Positions 50,052 to 60,151 are shown, counted from the stretch's first letter. The stretch is 64,000 nucleotides of DNA from Gammaproteobacteria bacterium (GCA_963662545.2 CAXXLL010000003.1:2176001-2240000); one strand, 5' to 3'. The notes: generated from the sequence alone by a model not told the origin. A program made the numbers and translations.

Positions 50052-50681
50052 ATGAGCTGGCGCGATATCCTAGAGGCGCCTCCACCACAGAAGTCTCCCT
50101 CTACGCATAATTCGCAAAATACGCAGAACTCTGTTGAACCAAGCAGTTGTGCGGATAGTGCGGATTCTGCGTATAGGGATCCCGAGGAAGACGACGCTCG
50201 GCTCCTGGAGGCACTGGCTCACGCGTGCCGAGGACTCTCCATCAAACCCGCGGAGGTCTGCGACGCCTTGGCCCCGGAAGACATCGAGGGTTGGCGATGC
50301 GGTGAGGTACGTGGGGAGAGCCTGGCCGCCTTCGCCGCATCACTCGACCAGCGGAGGGAGATGGAGCGAGGCATTTGCCCGGCGAGCTACACCGAGCAGG
50401 CGACCTGTGCCCAATGCGGCCCGATCTGGTTGTGGACTCAGGGCCAAGTGCTGGGCTGTCCCTGGTGCTGGAATCGGATCCGTGGACTACCAATCCCCCG
50501 CCCTCACCTTGTGCAGTGCGCCGAGTGCCGGCACTGGACCCCCGACTCCATCGGGGACGGCGGTGGCATCGGCTCGTGCGAGGTTGGTGGGCCGCAACCC
50601 GGCCAGATGCCCGCCTACCCGCGGGCGGAACGAATTTGCGACCATTGGCTGCCTGAGCCCGGCACCAAAAAAGAGGATTAA
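50052..50681 (+). CDS. Cys-rich hypothetical protein of element B
   Basis: 209 aa with CAQC..CPWC..CAEC; N-terminal low-complexity segment encoded by 9-bp repeats. Confidence 0.7.
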   Translation: MSWRDILEAPPPQKSPSTHNSQNTQNSVEPSSCADSADSAYRDPEEDDARLLEALAHACRGLSIKPAEVCDALAPEDIEGWRCGEVRGESLAAFAASLDQRREMERGICPASYTEQATCAQCGPIWLWTQGQVLGCPWCWNRIRGLPIPRPHLVQCAECRHWTPDSIGDGGGIGSCEVGGPQPGQMPAYPRAERICDHWLPEPGTKKED

Positions 50682-51233
50682 GATGGCTCACAAGTCGAAG
50701 CCCAAGCAGAAGCGCGATCTGAACCAGATCACCGCGATGGCGAAACCAAACGAAGACCAGACGGTCGGTATGGCCCGTACGGCGATGCGACCCACCGTAC
50801 AAGGCGCGGTCATCCTTCCAGCGCCGCGACGGAGGGCAATCTCGGTCGAGCGGAAGCAATGCTTGCTGCACAAGCTCACACGCTTGATGCCATCTTCAGC
50901 GACCTGGCCCGCCGGGCTGCACTCAACATGGGCGAGTACCCGGAGGCTTTTGAGGCATACCCGCAAGAGTGCCGGGCGACTCTGGAGACCCTGGCGGAGA
51001 TGAAGCACCCACGGTCTGTGGCCTTCGTCGGGCAGGCCAATATTGCTCATGGCCACCAGCAAGTGAATAATGCTCCGTCCCGCGCGGACGAAATCGAAGA
51101 CCCGCAAAGCAAACTATTGGAGCAGACCGACGGAGAACGGTTGGACACGGGAACGACGGGCACGGCAGGCGGAGCTGATACACCGATGGAAGCCGTGGGA
51201 GCGGTCAACCGGGCCAAAAACCGACGGAGGTAA
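50682..51233 (+). pseudogene. conserved satellite/integrative-element protein, internally deleted and frameshifted
   Basis: MLAAQAHTLDAIF..LARRA..QECRATLETLAEMKHP..AFVGQANIAHGHQQVNN motif. Confidence 0.65.
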
Positions 51234-51340
51234 GGCTCGGGTGGCCCAGAACGCTTACCGGGGCGGAGCGCACCCCTTTGCTGCGGGAGTTGGCCCGCGC
51301 CCTTCGGAAGCAGCGGCACGAGGTGGAGCAGAAACTCTGA
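51130..51340 (+). pseudogene. HGGxSTG-like small protein, degenerate
   Basis: NGWTRERRARQAELIHRWKPWERSTGPKTDGGKARVAQNA; ACG at the expected start. Confidence 0.6.
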
Positions 51341-51422
51341 CAACAATGCCCAAACACCTGCGGAGAGGTGACATCGTTTACGTGATCTTCTAAAGCCGTA
51401 CTCGCAGTGACATGGCACACAC

Positions 51423-51519
51423 GGGGGCAACTATGGGGGCCACTTCGCTATATATCCCTTATTTTGTCCTTTTTTAACAATTTGTTATATTATGTAGTTG
51501 GTAGTCATCGGCTCCACCA
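51423..51519 (+). other. attR-like island boundary (tmRNA/tRNA-Ala 3' fragment)
   Basis: Arm-type GGGGGCAACTATGGGGGC, AT-rich/IHF-like spacer, then TCGGCTCCACCA; host-like genes resume immediately after. Confidence 0.7.
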
Positions 51520-51560
51520 CTTCCTCAATCGACGGTTCGTCGTCAAATCCGTTCAGCGGA

Positions 51561-52214
51561 CTATTCGGGGCCGGCCGGCACGACGACCCCGACCAGGCAG
51601 TCCCGTGTCACCAGATCCGCCAGGCGTTCCTCGCCCCAACCCGCGGTGTTAGCGGGCCGCGCGGGTAACACCAGATAGCGCATGTCCGCGTTGCTGTCGT
51701 GAACCCGCACGATGGTGGAAGCGGGTAGGGCCGTGCCGAACTCTTCGATTACCTTGCGCGGCTCGTTCACGGCGCGCGATCGGTAGGCCTTGCTTTTATA
51801 CCAGTCGGGCGGCAGGCCTAAGATCGCCCGGGGATAACACGAACACAGCGTGCACACGATGAGGTTATGCACCTCGGCCGTGTTTTCCACCACGACCAGC
51901 TCGATTCCGTCCAACGACACACCGAACTCGCCGACAGCGGCAGTGCCGTCGGCCAACAGGCGCGCCTTGTAGTCGGCATCCGACCAGGCGCGCGCAACGA
52001 TTTTTCCACCGAGGCTGCCGTCGCGCGAATCCATGAACTCCAGGTACTCCCGGACTTCCTGCGCGGTGATCACGCCGCGTTCGATCAGCAGATCGCGCAT
52101 GGCCGCGGCCATCAAAGGATAACGCCCAGTTTCGTCGTAATCGTGCCGGCTGTCGTCGGCATAGGACAAGACCGGTTCGCCGTGCACGTGTTCATGATCG
52201 CTATTGCCGGTCAT
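51561..52214 (-). CDS. nthA: Co-type nitrile hydratase alpha subunit / thiocyanate hydrolase gamma-like
   Basis: KIVARAWSD, VENT..VHNLIVCTLCSCYPR, WYKS..YRSR.V.EPR, RVHDS.ADMRYLVLP. Confidence 0.93.
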   Translation of the reverse strand: MTGNSDHEHVHGEPVLSYADDSRHDYDETGRYPLMAAAMRDLLIERGVITAQEVREYLEFMDSRDGSLGGKIVARAWSDADYKARLLADGTAAVGEFGVSLDGIELVVVENTAEVHNLIVCTLCSCYPRAILGLPPDWYKSKAYRSRAVNEPRKVIEEFGTALPASTIVRVHDSNADMRYLVLPARPANTAGWGEERLADLVTRDCLVGVVVPAGPE

Positions 52215-52513
52215 GGTGATTCTGCCGCGCAGGACAGCCAGTGTTCGAAGACTTCGAGGTCGAGGGTATCCCGCTGTCCGCCCTCGTAGTTCGCCCAAAC
52301 CTCGACCTGCCTGAAGCGTACGCGGTAGAGGTGGCGCTGCGGCAAGCCGTCGAATCCATAGGCGAGCTCCTCCGGATTCCTGAAGGCGCCGCAATAGCGC
52401 TCAATTTCACCGACCGCACCGCGGATATAGGCCGGCACGCGCCGGTGCCCCGGCGGGTTGGCCGCATGTACGCGGACGCGATCGCCGGTTCGATAACGCC
52501 GCTCGGCGATCAC
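52211..52513 (-). CDS. nitrile hydratase beta C-terminal (SH3-like) subunit, ScnA-like
   Basis: GDRVRV...PPGH.RVPAYIRG..G.I, PEELAYG, LYRVRF...VW, D.L.LEVFEHWL; overlaps both neighbours. Confidence 0.88.
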   Translation of the reverse strand: MIAERRYRTGDRVRVHAANPPGHRRVPAYIRGAVGEIERYCGAFRNPEELAYGFDGLPQRHLYRVRFRQVEVWANYEGGQRDTLDLEVFEHWLSCAAESP

Positions 52514-52815
52514 CGCGTCGCCTCGATACGCATTTTGAGTTCTGCCATGCGTTGCTCTATTTCTGCGCGCGACACCGCCGCTTTTTCCTCGAGCAGGTTG
52601 CACAAGGCCTCGCCCCAGCGCTCGTAATAGGGCTGGTCGTAGACGTCCTTCGACAGGTCTTCCAGGGTACGCCGCAATTCGTCCACGCTCATCACGTCGT
52701 GCTGGCGTAGGGCGCTGAATATGGCCGTGAACAGCTTGCCGAACGGCTCGGCCTCTTGATCCGAAAGGTCGATCGGACCGGCGGGTTCACCGCCTAAGTC
52801 ATGCTGCAGTTTCAT
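52510..52815 (-). CDS. nitrile hydratase beta N-terminal subunit, ScnB-like
   Basis: HDLGG, DELRR..E.L, YYERW; GAGGAGG RBS before ATG at 52815. Confidence 0.88.
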   Translation of the reverse strand: MKLQHDLGGEPAGPIDLSDQEAEPFGKLFTAIFSALRQHDVMSVDELRRTLEDLSKDVYDQPYYERWGEALCNLLEEKAAVSRAEIEQRMAELKMRIEATR

Positions 52816-53011
52816 GCCTTGCAAGTCCTCCTCCGCCGCGCCCGACAATTTCGCCTCGCATCCATCAGCATCTCACGACATGGAAAAGGACTCCGGGAAG
52901 CGAGTCAAACTCCGGCGGGATGCGCGTCCGCACGAGTCTATCCTCATTCACCCGCCCTATTTGGCTCAAAGTGCCGCGAATTAGTCCAATTCTTCGCGTT
53001 CCAGAGTCCGC

Positions 53012-53224
53012 TTATACACACGCAGCTCTCCGTTTGGCGTCAACGTGACCAATTGTTAAACCGGCGCGCGCGGTGGATAAGTGTCAGAGCTAAGTCTTTG
53101 ATTGTCAAAGAGGTCGAAGAACTGGTTAAAAAATAAGCAAACTGATAAAAACGTGTTGCGAACGGGCGATAAAGAAGTCTGTACGCAATGCGTCCACAAA
53201 GTTATCCCCAGGTTTTGTGGGTAA
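53012..53224. promoter_or_regulatory. DnaA-box cluster with IHF site (DARS2-like)
   Basis: TTATACACA 53012, GGTGGATAA 53072, IHF consensus AATCAAAGACTTA (minus strand, 53091-103), core GCGTCCACA-aag-TTATCCCCA-ggttt-TGTGGGTAA 53190-224. Confidence 0.7.
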
Positions 53225-53329
53225 CCCAATTTAGTCTGAAAATCAACGAGAAAGGCCTGTGGCAGAAAGTCATGCAATTGTCTTTAGCAGCTTGGACAGA
53301 CCTTCTTGGGCACCGTAGTATCCACCGCC

Positions 53330-53704
53330 ATGCGAGCTCCACGACCTTCCCGCCAACGCCTGCTTGGGCCTGCCCTCATCGTGCTTTCGTGCGCCTCGAA
53401 CGGGCAGGCCTCCCCTCTCGCCGAAGAAGCAGACGCGGTCGCATATCTGGAATTTGCTTCGAAGCTGGACGGTCGCTGCCAGATTCTGAGCGAGGGCGGC
53501 AAACTCCGTGTTCTGCGTAATACCCATGCCGACCACGCGATCAAGTACCGACTCGTCAGACAGTTCGTCGGCGTAGCGCAGGGCCTGTCGGTGGGTGTCG
53601 CCCCGCCCGGCGGCGAAGTCGTCAAACTCGGCTGCACCCGGGTCGACGGCCGGCAGCAGGAGTGGATCGTCGAACGCGCCAGCTTCATAGCTGTAACGAG
53701 ATAA
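53330..53704 (+). CDS. hypothetical exported protein
   Basis: Signal-peptide-like N-terminus, two Cys in the mature part; stop is 1 nt before the next ATG. Confidence 0.6.
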   Translation: MRAPRPSRQRLLGPALIVLSCASNGQASPLAEEADAVAYLEFASKLDGRCQILSEGGKLRVLRNTHADHAIKYRLVRQFVGVAQGLSVGVAPPGGEVVKLGCTRVDGRQQEWIVERASFIAVTR

Positions 53705-53705
53705 G

Positions 53706-54080
53706 ATGCGCAAATCCATCCTCACGATCGCACTTGTGGTGATCGCTCAAACGGCCGGTTCGGACGACCAGCCGGACCCCGAATTTGCACGCTCGCCGGG
53801 CGACATGACGGTCGAGGAACGCATGCAGATGATCCAGAAGGCGCGAGGATACGACGCCTGCGTTTACACCGAGGCCCTGGCGCAGGGCGACGATGAAGGC
53901 GACATTCGGCGCGTTGCGGACATGGCGATGGGTCAGTGCGAACCGCACCTGGAGGACCTGCGTACGATGATCGAGGGATGGGGATTCAAGCCGCACTTCG
54001 CGCGCGGCTTTATGAGCAACGTTCGAAATCGCGCGGCTCGCAAGATTCTGCCGGAACTGGCCGTGCGCAAAGGCCGTTAA
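53706..54080 (+). CDS. hypothetical exported protein
   Basis: MRKSILTIALVVIAQTAG signal peptide; Y..C..A...C pattern. Confidence 0.7.
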   Translation: MRKSILTIALVVIAQTAGSDDQPDPEFARSPGDMTVEERMQMIQKARGYDACVYTEALAQGDDEGDIRRVADMAMGQCEPHLEDLRTMIEGWGFKPHFARGFMSNVRNRAARKILPELAVRKGR

Positions 54081-54096
54081 CCACTATCATTTGGCG

Positions 54097-54618
54097 CTAG
54101 CCGGGTCTGGAATGATCGGCCCCGTTCACTGGCATTTCGCCGGTCAATTCACTGACGAAATCCGCCAGTTCATTGAGTGCTCGCTGGTAGACGTTTCTTT
54201 TGAACGGCACGACGAAACCGAGCGGATCCCAATAATCGAACCAACGCCAGGCATCGAATTCCGGCTGTTCGGCAACATCAAGCCTAAAATTGTGTTCGGC
54301 GCTCACCAGCTTCAACAAGAACCAAATCTGCTTTTGACCAATGCACACTGGCCGCTGGTGGTAGCGGATATAGCGCTTGGGTAGGCGGTAACGCAGCCAG
54401 CCCTTTGTTGAACCCAGGACACCGACGTGCTCCGGTTCGAGACCTACCTCTTCCTTCAACTCGCGGTACATCGCCCGCTCGGGCGTTTCATGGTGTTTAA
54501 TGCCGCCCTGCGGAAACTGCCAGGCCGCCATGCCGGCCCGGCGGCCGCAGAACACCTGGCCGTTGTCATTCAACAAAATGATGCCGACATTCGCACGAAA
54601 GCCTTGTTCGTCGATCAC
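54097..54618 (-). CDS. rppH: RNA pyrophosphohydrolase
   Basis: [54 protein letters not shown]. Confidence 0.96.
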   Translation of the reverse strand: MIDEQGFRANVGIILLNDNGQVFCGRRAGMAAWQFPQGGIKHHETPERAMYRELKEEVGLEPEHVGVLGSTKGWLRYRLPKRYIRYHQRPVCIGQKQIWFLLKLVSAEHNFRLDVAEQPEFDAWRWFDYWDPLGFVVPFKRNVYQRALNELADFVSELTGEMPVNGADHSRPG

Positions 54619-54622
54619 TGTT

Positions 54623-55603
54623 TCAATCCAAAATTTTCTGAATGGCGGCACGCTCTTCGGCTAATTCTGCGGCCGATGCGTCCATGCGCGCACGACTGAA
54701 ATCGTTGATCGGTATATCGGACACGACCTTATACGACCCGCCCTCACACGTAACTGGAAACGAATACATGAGACCTGCTTCGATGCCATAGCTGCCATCG
54801 CTCGGGATCGCCATGCTGACCGAATCACCGGCCGGCGTACCCAGCACCCAGTCGTGCAAGTGTTCGAGTGCGGCGTTGGCCGCAGACGCGGCGCTGGACG
54901 CGCCGCGCGCCTCGATAATCTCTGCGCCGCGTTTGGCGACGCGCGGAATATATTCGTTTTCGTACCAGGCGCGGGAGACCAGGTCGAGCGCCGCCCTGCC
55001 AGCGACGGTTGCGCGGCTCAAGTCGGGGTACTGGGTCGTCGAATGGTTGCCCCAGATCGCAAGGTTTTTTATCTCATCGACCGGGGTCCCGGTTTTACCG
55101 GCCAGTTGTGCCATCGCGCGGTTGTGGTCGAGCCGGGTCATGGCCGTGAATTGTGCGGGATCGATATCCGGAGCGCAGGTCATGCAAGTCCAGGCGTTGG
55201 TGTTGGCCGGATTGCCGACCACCACCACCTTGATATCCCGTGCGGCATTTTCGTTGATCGCCTTGCCCTGCACCTTGAAGATCCCGCCGTTGGCTTCCAG
55301 CAAATCGCTGCGCTCCATACCCGGGCCGCGCGGCCGCGCGCCAACCAGCAGACCGTAGTTGGCGTCCTTGAAAGCTGCGTTGGCGTCATCGGTCGTCTCG
55401 ATTCCAGCGATCAGTGGGAACGCGCAGTCGTCGATCTCCATCACTACGCCTTCGAGCGCTTTCATCGCCGGCGCGATCTCGAGCAGTTGCAGGATTACCG
55501 GTTGATCTGCGCCCAGTACTTCGCCGGCCGCAATGCGAAACAATAAAGAATAGGCTATCTGGCCGGCGGCGCCGGTGACGGTCATTCTCACGGGTGGCTT
55601 CAT
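54623..55603 (-). CDS. mdh: malate dehydrogenase (MDH1/Thermus-type)
   Basis: [60 protein letters not shown]. Confidence 0.97.
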   Translation of the reverse strand: MKPPVRMTVTGAAGQIAYSLLFRIAAGEVLGADQPVILQLLEIAPAMKALEGVVMEIDDCAFPLIAGIETTDDANAAFKDANYGLLVGARPRGPGMERSDLLEANGGIFKVQGKAINENAARDIKVVVVGNPANTNAWTCMTCAPDIDPAQFTAMTRLDHNRAMAQLAGKTGTPVDEIKNLAIWGNHSTTQYPDLSRATVAGRAALDLVSRAWYENEYIPRVAKRGAEIIEARGASSAASAANAALEHLHDWVLGTPAGDSVSMAIPSDGSYGIEAGLMYSFPVTCEGGSYKVVSDIPINDFSRARMDASAAELAEERAAIQKILD

Positions 55604-55644
55604 TTGAATCTGCCCCTCTATTGAAACGCCGTAATAAAGAGGCG

Positions 55645-56943
55645 CTAAGTGCGCTTCTCGATCGGGACGTAGTCGCGCTGCTTGGCGCCGATATAAAGCT
55701 GGCGTGGCCGGCCGATGCGGAAATCGGGGTCCGCCATCAACTCATTCCACTGCGCGATCCAACCCGCGCACCGCGCCAGGGCGAACATACAGGTGTACAT
55801 GCTGGGCGGAATATTGAGCGCCTGGTAAATGAGGCCCGAGTAAAAATCCACGTTCGGATAAAGTTTGCGCTCGATGAAGTAGTCGTCTTCCAGTGCAATG
55901 CGTTCGAGTTCCATGGCAATTTCGAACAACGGCTGGTTAACGTGCATTTCGTCAAGCAGATCGTGGCAGGCTTTGTAGATGATCTTGGCGCGAGGATCGT
56001 AATTCTTGTAGACGCGGTGTCCAAAGCCCATCAGCCGAAACGGGTCGTCCTTGTCTTTCGCGCGGTCGATGAACTTCTTGATATTTTTTACATCGCCAAT
56101 CTCTTGGAGCATGTGGATGACCGCTTCGTTCGCGCCGCCGTGGGACTTGCCCCACAAGGTCGCAATACCCGCAGCGATGCAGGCAAAAGGATTGCTCTCC
56201 GCGCTGCCGGCGAGTCGCACTGTCGAGGTGCTCGCGTTCTGTTCGTGATCTGCGTGCAGGATCATGAGCAGTTCGAGCGCGCGTACCGCGACCGGATTGG
56301 CCTCGTAGGGCTCGGTCGGCCAGGAGTACATCATGTACATGAAATTTTCGACGTAATCGCGCGAATTGTTCGGGTACACGAACGGCAGGCCGGACGCGTA
56401 GCGGTAGATCTTGGAAACCAGGCCCGGCATCTTGCCGATGACGCGCCGCGCGGTGATCAGCCGATCTTCTTCCTTATAGATATCCGTATTGTCGTGGTAG
56501 TAGGAGGCAACGGCGCCAACCACGCCGGTCAAGACGGACATGGGATGGGCGTCGTAGCGGTAGCCCGAGTAGAAACGCGACAGGTGCTCGTGGGTCATGC
56601 CGTGCATTTTGAGAGCATGGACCCATTCGGCGAGTTCGTCGGAATTCGGCAGTTCGCCGTGCACGAGCAGGTAGCAAACTTCGACAAAAGACGAATGCTC
56701 GGCGAGCTGCTCGATAGGATAACCGCGATGAAGCAGCACCCCCTGCTCGCCGTCGAGGTAGGTAATGGCGCTGCGGCAACTCGCCGTTGCACCGAAACCA
56801 ACATCCAGCGTGAACATGCCGAGCTCCTTGTACAAGGCCTTGAGATCGATAACCGGCGCCCCGTATTCACCCTCGTGCACCGGGCATTCCACGCTCTTCC
56901 CTGTCGCATTATCCGTTATGGTAACGGTACGTTGTCCGCTCAC
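55645..56943 (-). CDS. gltA: citrate synthase (type II)
   Basis: [63 protein letters not shown]. Confidence 0.98.
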   Translation of the reverse strand: MSGQRTVTITDNATGKSVECPVHEGEYGAPVIDLKALYKELGMFTLDVGFGATASCRSAITYLDGEQGVLLHRGYPIEQLAEHSSFVEVCYLLVHGELPNSDELAEWVHALKMHGMTHEHLSRFYSGYRYDAHPMSVLTGVVGAVASYYHDNTDIYKEEDRLITARRVIGKMPGLVSKIYRYASGLPFVYPNNSRDYVENFMYMMYSWPTEPYEANPVAVRALELLMILHADHEQNASTSTVRLAGSAESNPFACIAAGIATLWGKSHGGANEAVIHMLQEIGDVKNIKKFIDRAKDKDDPFRLMGFGHRVYKNYDPRAKIIYKACHDLLDEMHVNQPLFEIAMELERIALEDDYFIERKLYPNVDFYSGLIYQALNIPPSMYTCMFALARCAGWIAQWNELMADPDFRIGRPRQLYIGAKQRDYVPIEKRT

Positions 56944-57281
56944 TTGGATTCCCCCAATCGTTGTGCCCCGCGCCGCCGGTTTACTGAGTGCTTGCGGCCG
57001 GCCGGGACTGTCTAGAATAACGTTCCGCTCGTTTGATCAGCAAGATAACGTGGCGAGGCGGCATCCCAGCAGTGTGTGGGATCGACACTTTAAGTCGTGA
57101 CGAACGTGGTTTAGCGGTGCTAAATGCGCGATGGGTAACGCCGAAACGTGGTTGATTCCGAGATAGCTTCTAATGACTTTCGACAGGGATTGATCAAAGA
57201 TTCTCGTTCTTTTCGCCGATACACCGTGGTATTGGCAGGGTTTCGGGCCATCCGGTGACGATTTCCTCATTTTGCAGGTGA

Positions 57282-60125
57282 TTGAAGATGCAGTCTCCAT
57301 CATGCTTGTTCAGTGGCAACGCGCCGTTTATTGAAGATCTTTATGAGTCCTACCTGCTCGATCCCGATGAGGTATCTCAAGACTGGCGCAAGTATTTCGA
57401 TAGCTTGCAGGACGGCCGCAGCGCGCCAGCAAGCGATGTACGTCACTCCGAAGTTCAGGCGCGCATGCTGGAAATCGCGGCATCCCCGAAGCCGATTACC
57501 GTCGCGGTCTCGGCCGGAAGTGGAGCTGACTCAAAGAAGCAGGTTTCCGTTTTACAGTTGATCAATGCTTACCGGTTCCGCGGACACCGCCAGGCGAACC
57601 TGGATCCGCTCAACCAGTATGCGCGACCGGTTGTCGCGGAGCTGGATCCTGCGTTTCACGGCCTGTCAGAGACTGATATGGACAAGGTCTTCAACACCGG
57701 CTCATTACAAGGGCCGGATCAGGCAAGCTTGCGCGAGATTCTCGAGATCGTGCGTACCACCTACTGCGGCACTATCGGCGCGGAGTACATGCACATCGTG
57801 GAAACGAGTCAAAAGCGCTGGGTGCAACAGCGCCTCGAGTCCCGGCAGGCGAAACCCGACTTCAGCGCCGAGAAACGCAAGGATTTGCTGAGCCGCGTGA
57901 TCGCCGCTACGGCGCTGGAAGAATATCTGCATACCAAGTACGTCGGACAGAAACGATTCTCGCTCGAGGGGAGCGAGAGTACGATCGCCCTGCTCGATCA
58001 AATCGTCGATGACGCTGCACGTCACGGCGTCAAGGAGCTAGTTCTCGGCATGGCCCATCGCGGCCGTCTCAACGTCCTGGTCAACATCGTTGGCAAGCAC
58101 CCTTCGCTACTGTTCGACGAATTCGAGGGCAAGGGCCCGACCGAACTCCGTGCGGGAGACGTCAAGTATCACATGGGCTTTTCGTCGGATATCGAAACAC
58201 CCGCCGGAGCCGTTCACCTCACCTTGGGTTTCAATCCGTCACACTTGGAAATCATCGGCCCGGTAGTCGAAGGTTCGGTGCGAGCACGCCAGGATCGACG
58301 CGCGGACGTCGACCGCAACCAGGTCATGCCCCTGCTGATCCATGGGGACGCTGCGTTCGCCGGTCAAGGTGTCGTGATGGAAACCCTAAACCTGTCGCAA
58401 ACGCGTGGCTACTCGACCGGCGGTACCATGCACATCATCATCAATAATCAGATCGGATTTACGACCAGCGACCCGCTCGATTCCCGCTCGACGCTCTACT
58501 GCACCGACGTCGCGAAAATGGTCCAGGCGCCTATCTTCCACGTCAATGGCGACGATCCGGAAGCCGTTGCCATGGTCGCGCAGATGGCGCTCGACTATCG
58601 GATGGAATTCAACAAGGACGTCGTCGTCGACATGATCTGCTTCCGCAAGCACGGCCACAGCGAGGCCGATGAACCCGCCGCGACGCAGCCGATCATGTAT
58701 CAGCACATTCGCAATCACCCGGGCGTGCGCCACATCTATACCGAGAAGCTGGTTTCCGAAGGCGTTATCAATCCCGGTGAGGCAGAGGAGATGGCGGCCA
58801 AGTATATCGATGCCCTCGAGAACAATTACGTAGTGTCACGGCCACATACCAACGTCATCGACAGCCGTCACACGATCAACTTCGAACCCTATCGAGACAC
58901 GCACTGGGACGTGGAAGCTAGCACCGCGCTCGACGCCGAGCGTTTCCGATCCCTGTCGGAAAGCTTTAGCACGGTGCCCGATGACATGGTGCTGCACCGC
59001 GCACTAAAGCGAATACTCGGGGATCGCAAGGCGATGGGCGCGGGCGAGAAGGCCTGCGACTGGGGCTTTGCAGAGACGCTGGCCTACGCGTCGCTACTCA
59101 CGGAAAACTTCCCGGTCAGAATTTCCGGGCAGGATAGCGGCCGCGGCACTTTTTTTCATCGCCACGCCGTAATCCACGACCAGAAGTCTGGCGACACCTA
59201 CCTCCCGCTACAAAATCTGAGTCCCGACCAGGCGAGCTTTCTGGTCATCAACTCGACCTTGTCGGAAGAGGCCGTCCTCGCCTACGAGTTCGGTTACGCC
59301 AGCGCCGATCCGAAATCGCTGGTGATCTGGGAAGCGCAGTTCGGTGACTTCGCCAACGGTGCGCAGGTCGTCATCGATCAATTCATCGCGTCCTGCGAAG
59401 AGAAGTGGGGGCGTTTCTGTGGCCTGGTCATGCTGCTGCCCCACGGCTACGACGGCCAGGGACCTGAACATTCATCCGCCCGTCTCGAACGCTACCTGCA
59501 GCTTTGCGCGGAAGAGAACATGCAGGTGTGCTATCCGACGACACCGTCGCAAATGTTTCATATGCTGCGGCGACAAATGATCCGGCCCTACCGCAAACCC
59601 CTGATCGTGATGAGCCCCAAGAGTCTCTTGCGGCACAAACTTTCGGTCTCACCGCTGGAAGAATTCATCGACGGGGGATTCCGCACGGTGATCGATGAAA
59701 TCGATTCGATCGACAAGGACAAGGTTCACCGCATTCTCGTTTGCAGCGGCAAAGTATATTTCGATCTGCTCGAAGCCCGGCGCGAACACGATGTGACGGA
59801 CTGCGCGATCTTGAGGCTCGAACAGCTTTACCCGTTTCCGAAAAGTGAAATTCAAAACCTGCTAAAGGCTTATCCTAATGCCGAGGAACTGGTGTGGGTA
59901 CAAGAAGAACCCCGCAACCAGGGCGCCTGGTCCATGCTGCTTTCGACACGGTTCCTGGGTGGGTGTTTCGATCAGACCAAGCCCTTGCTTTGCGTCGCTC
60001 GACCCTATTCGGCTTCACCAGCAGTCGGATATGCCTCGCTTCACCTCCAGCAGCAACAGCGGGTGATCCATGACGCCCTGGATTTGTCGCGGTTCGAACA
60101 AGCCAGGGAGAAGAAATCCGCTTGA
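57282..60125 (+). CDS. sucA: 2-oxoglutarate dehydrogenase E1 (start TTG 57282 or ATG 57288)
   Basis: GQKRFSLEG, GMAHRGRLNVL, GDVKYH, HGDAAFAGQGVV, WEAQFGDFANGAQ, GPEHSSAR. Confidence 0.98.
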   Translation: MKMQSPSCLFSGNAPFIEDLYESYLLDPDEVSQDWRKYFDSLQDGRSAPASDVRHSEVQARMLEIAASPKPITVAVSAGSGADSKKQVSVLQLINAYRFRGHRQANLDPLNQYARPVVAELDPAFHGLSETDMDKVFNTGSLQGPDQASLREILEIVRTTYCGTIGAEYMHIVETSQKRWVQQRLESRQAKPDFSAEKRKDLLSRVIAATALEEYLHTKYVGQKRFSLEGSESTIALLDQIVDDAARHGVKELVLGMAHRGRLNVLVNIVGKHPSLLFDEFEGKGPTELRAGDVKYHMGFSSDIETPAGAVHLTLGFNPSHLEIIGPVVEGSVRARQDRRADVDRNQVMPLLIHGDAAFAGQGVVMETLNLSQTRGYSTGGTMHIIINNQIGFTTSDPLDSRSTLYCTDVAKMVQAPIFHVNGDDPEAVAMVAQMALDYRMEFNKDVVVDMICFRKHGHSEADEPAATQPIMYQHIRNHPGVRHIYTEKLVSEGVINPGEAEEMAAKYIDALENNYVVSRPHTNVIDSRHTINFEPYRDTHWDVEASTALDAERFRSLSESFSTVPDDMVLHRALKRILGDRKAMGAGEKACDWGFAETLAYASLLTENFPVRISGQDSGRGTFFHRHAVIHDQKSGDTYLPLQNLSPDQASFLVINSTLSEEAVLAYEFGYASADPKSLVIWEAQFGDFANGAQVVIDQFIASCEEKWGRFCGLVMLLPHGYDGQGPEHSSARLERYLQLCAEENMQVCYPTTPSQMFHMLRRQMIRPYRKPLIVMSPKSLLRHKLSVSPLEEFIDGGFRTVIDEIDSIDKDKVHRILVCSGKVYFDLLEARREHDVTDCAILRLEQLYPFPKSEIQNLLKAYPNAEELVWVQEEPRNQGAWSMLLSTRFLGGCFDQTKPLLCVARPYSASPAVGYASLHLQQQQRVIHDALDLSRFEQAREKKSA

Positions 60126-60151
60126 TAAGAAACTAAACAGGGGTAAATACC

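Noticed and set aside
53012-53224. Chromosomal oriC
   Set aside because: No dnaA, dnaN, gidA or parAB context and no evident DUE repeats; the geometry fits DARS better
55594-57015. 473-aa plus-strand ORF (and similar long ORFs at 60155-61285, 61801-62874, 41367-42248, 16720-17631)
   Set aside because: Antisense shadows of well-supported genes in GC-rich DNA, with no recognisable motifs
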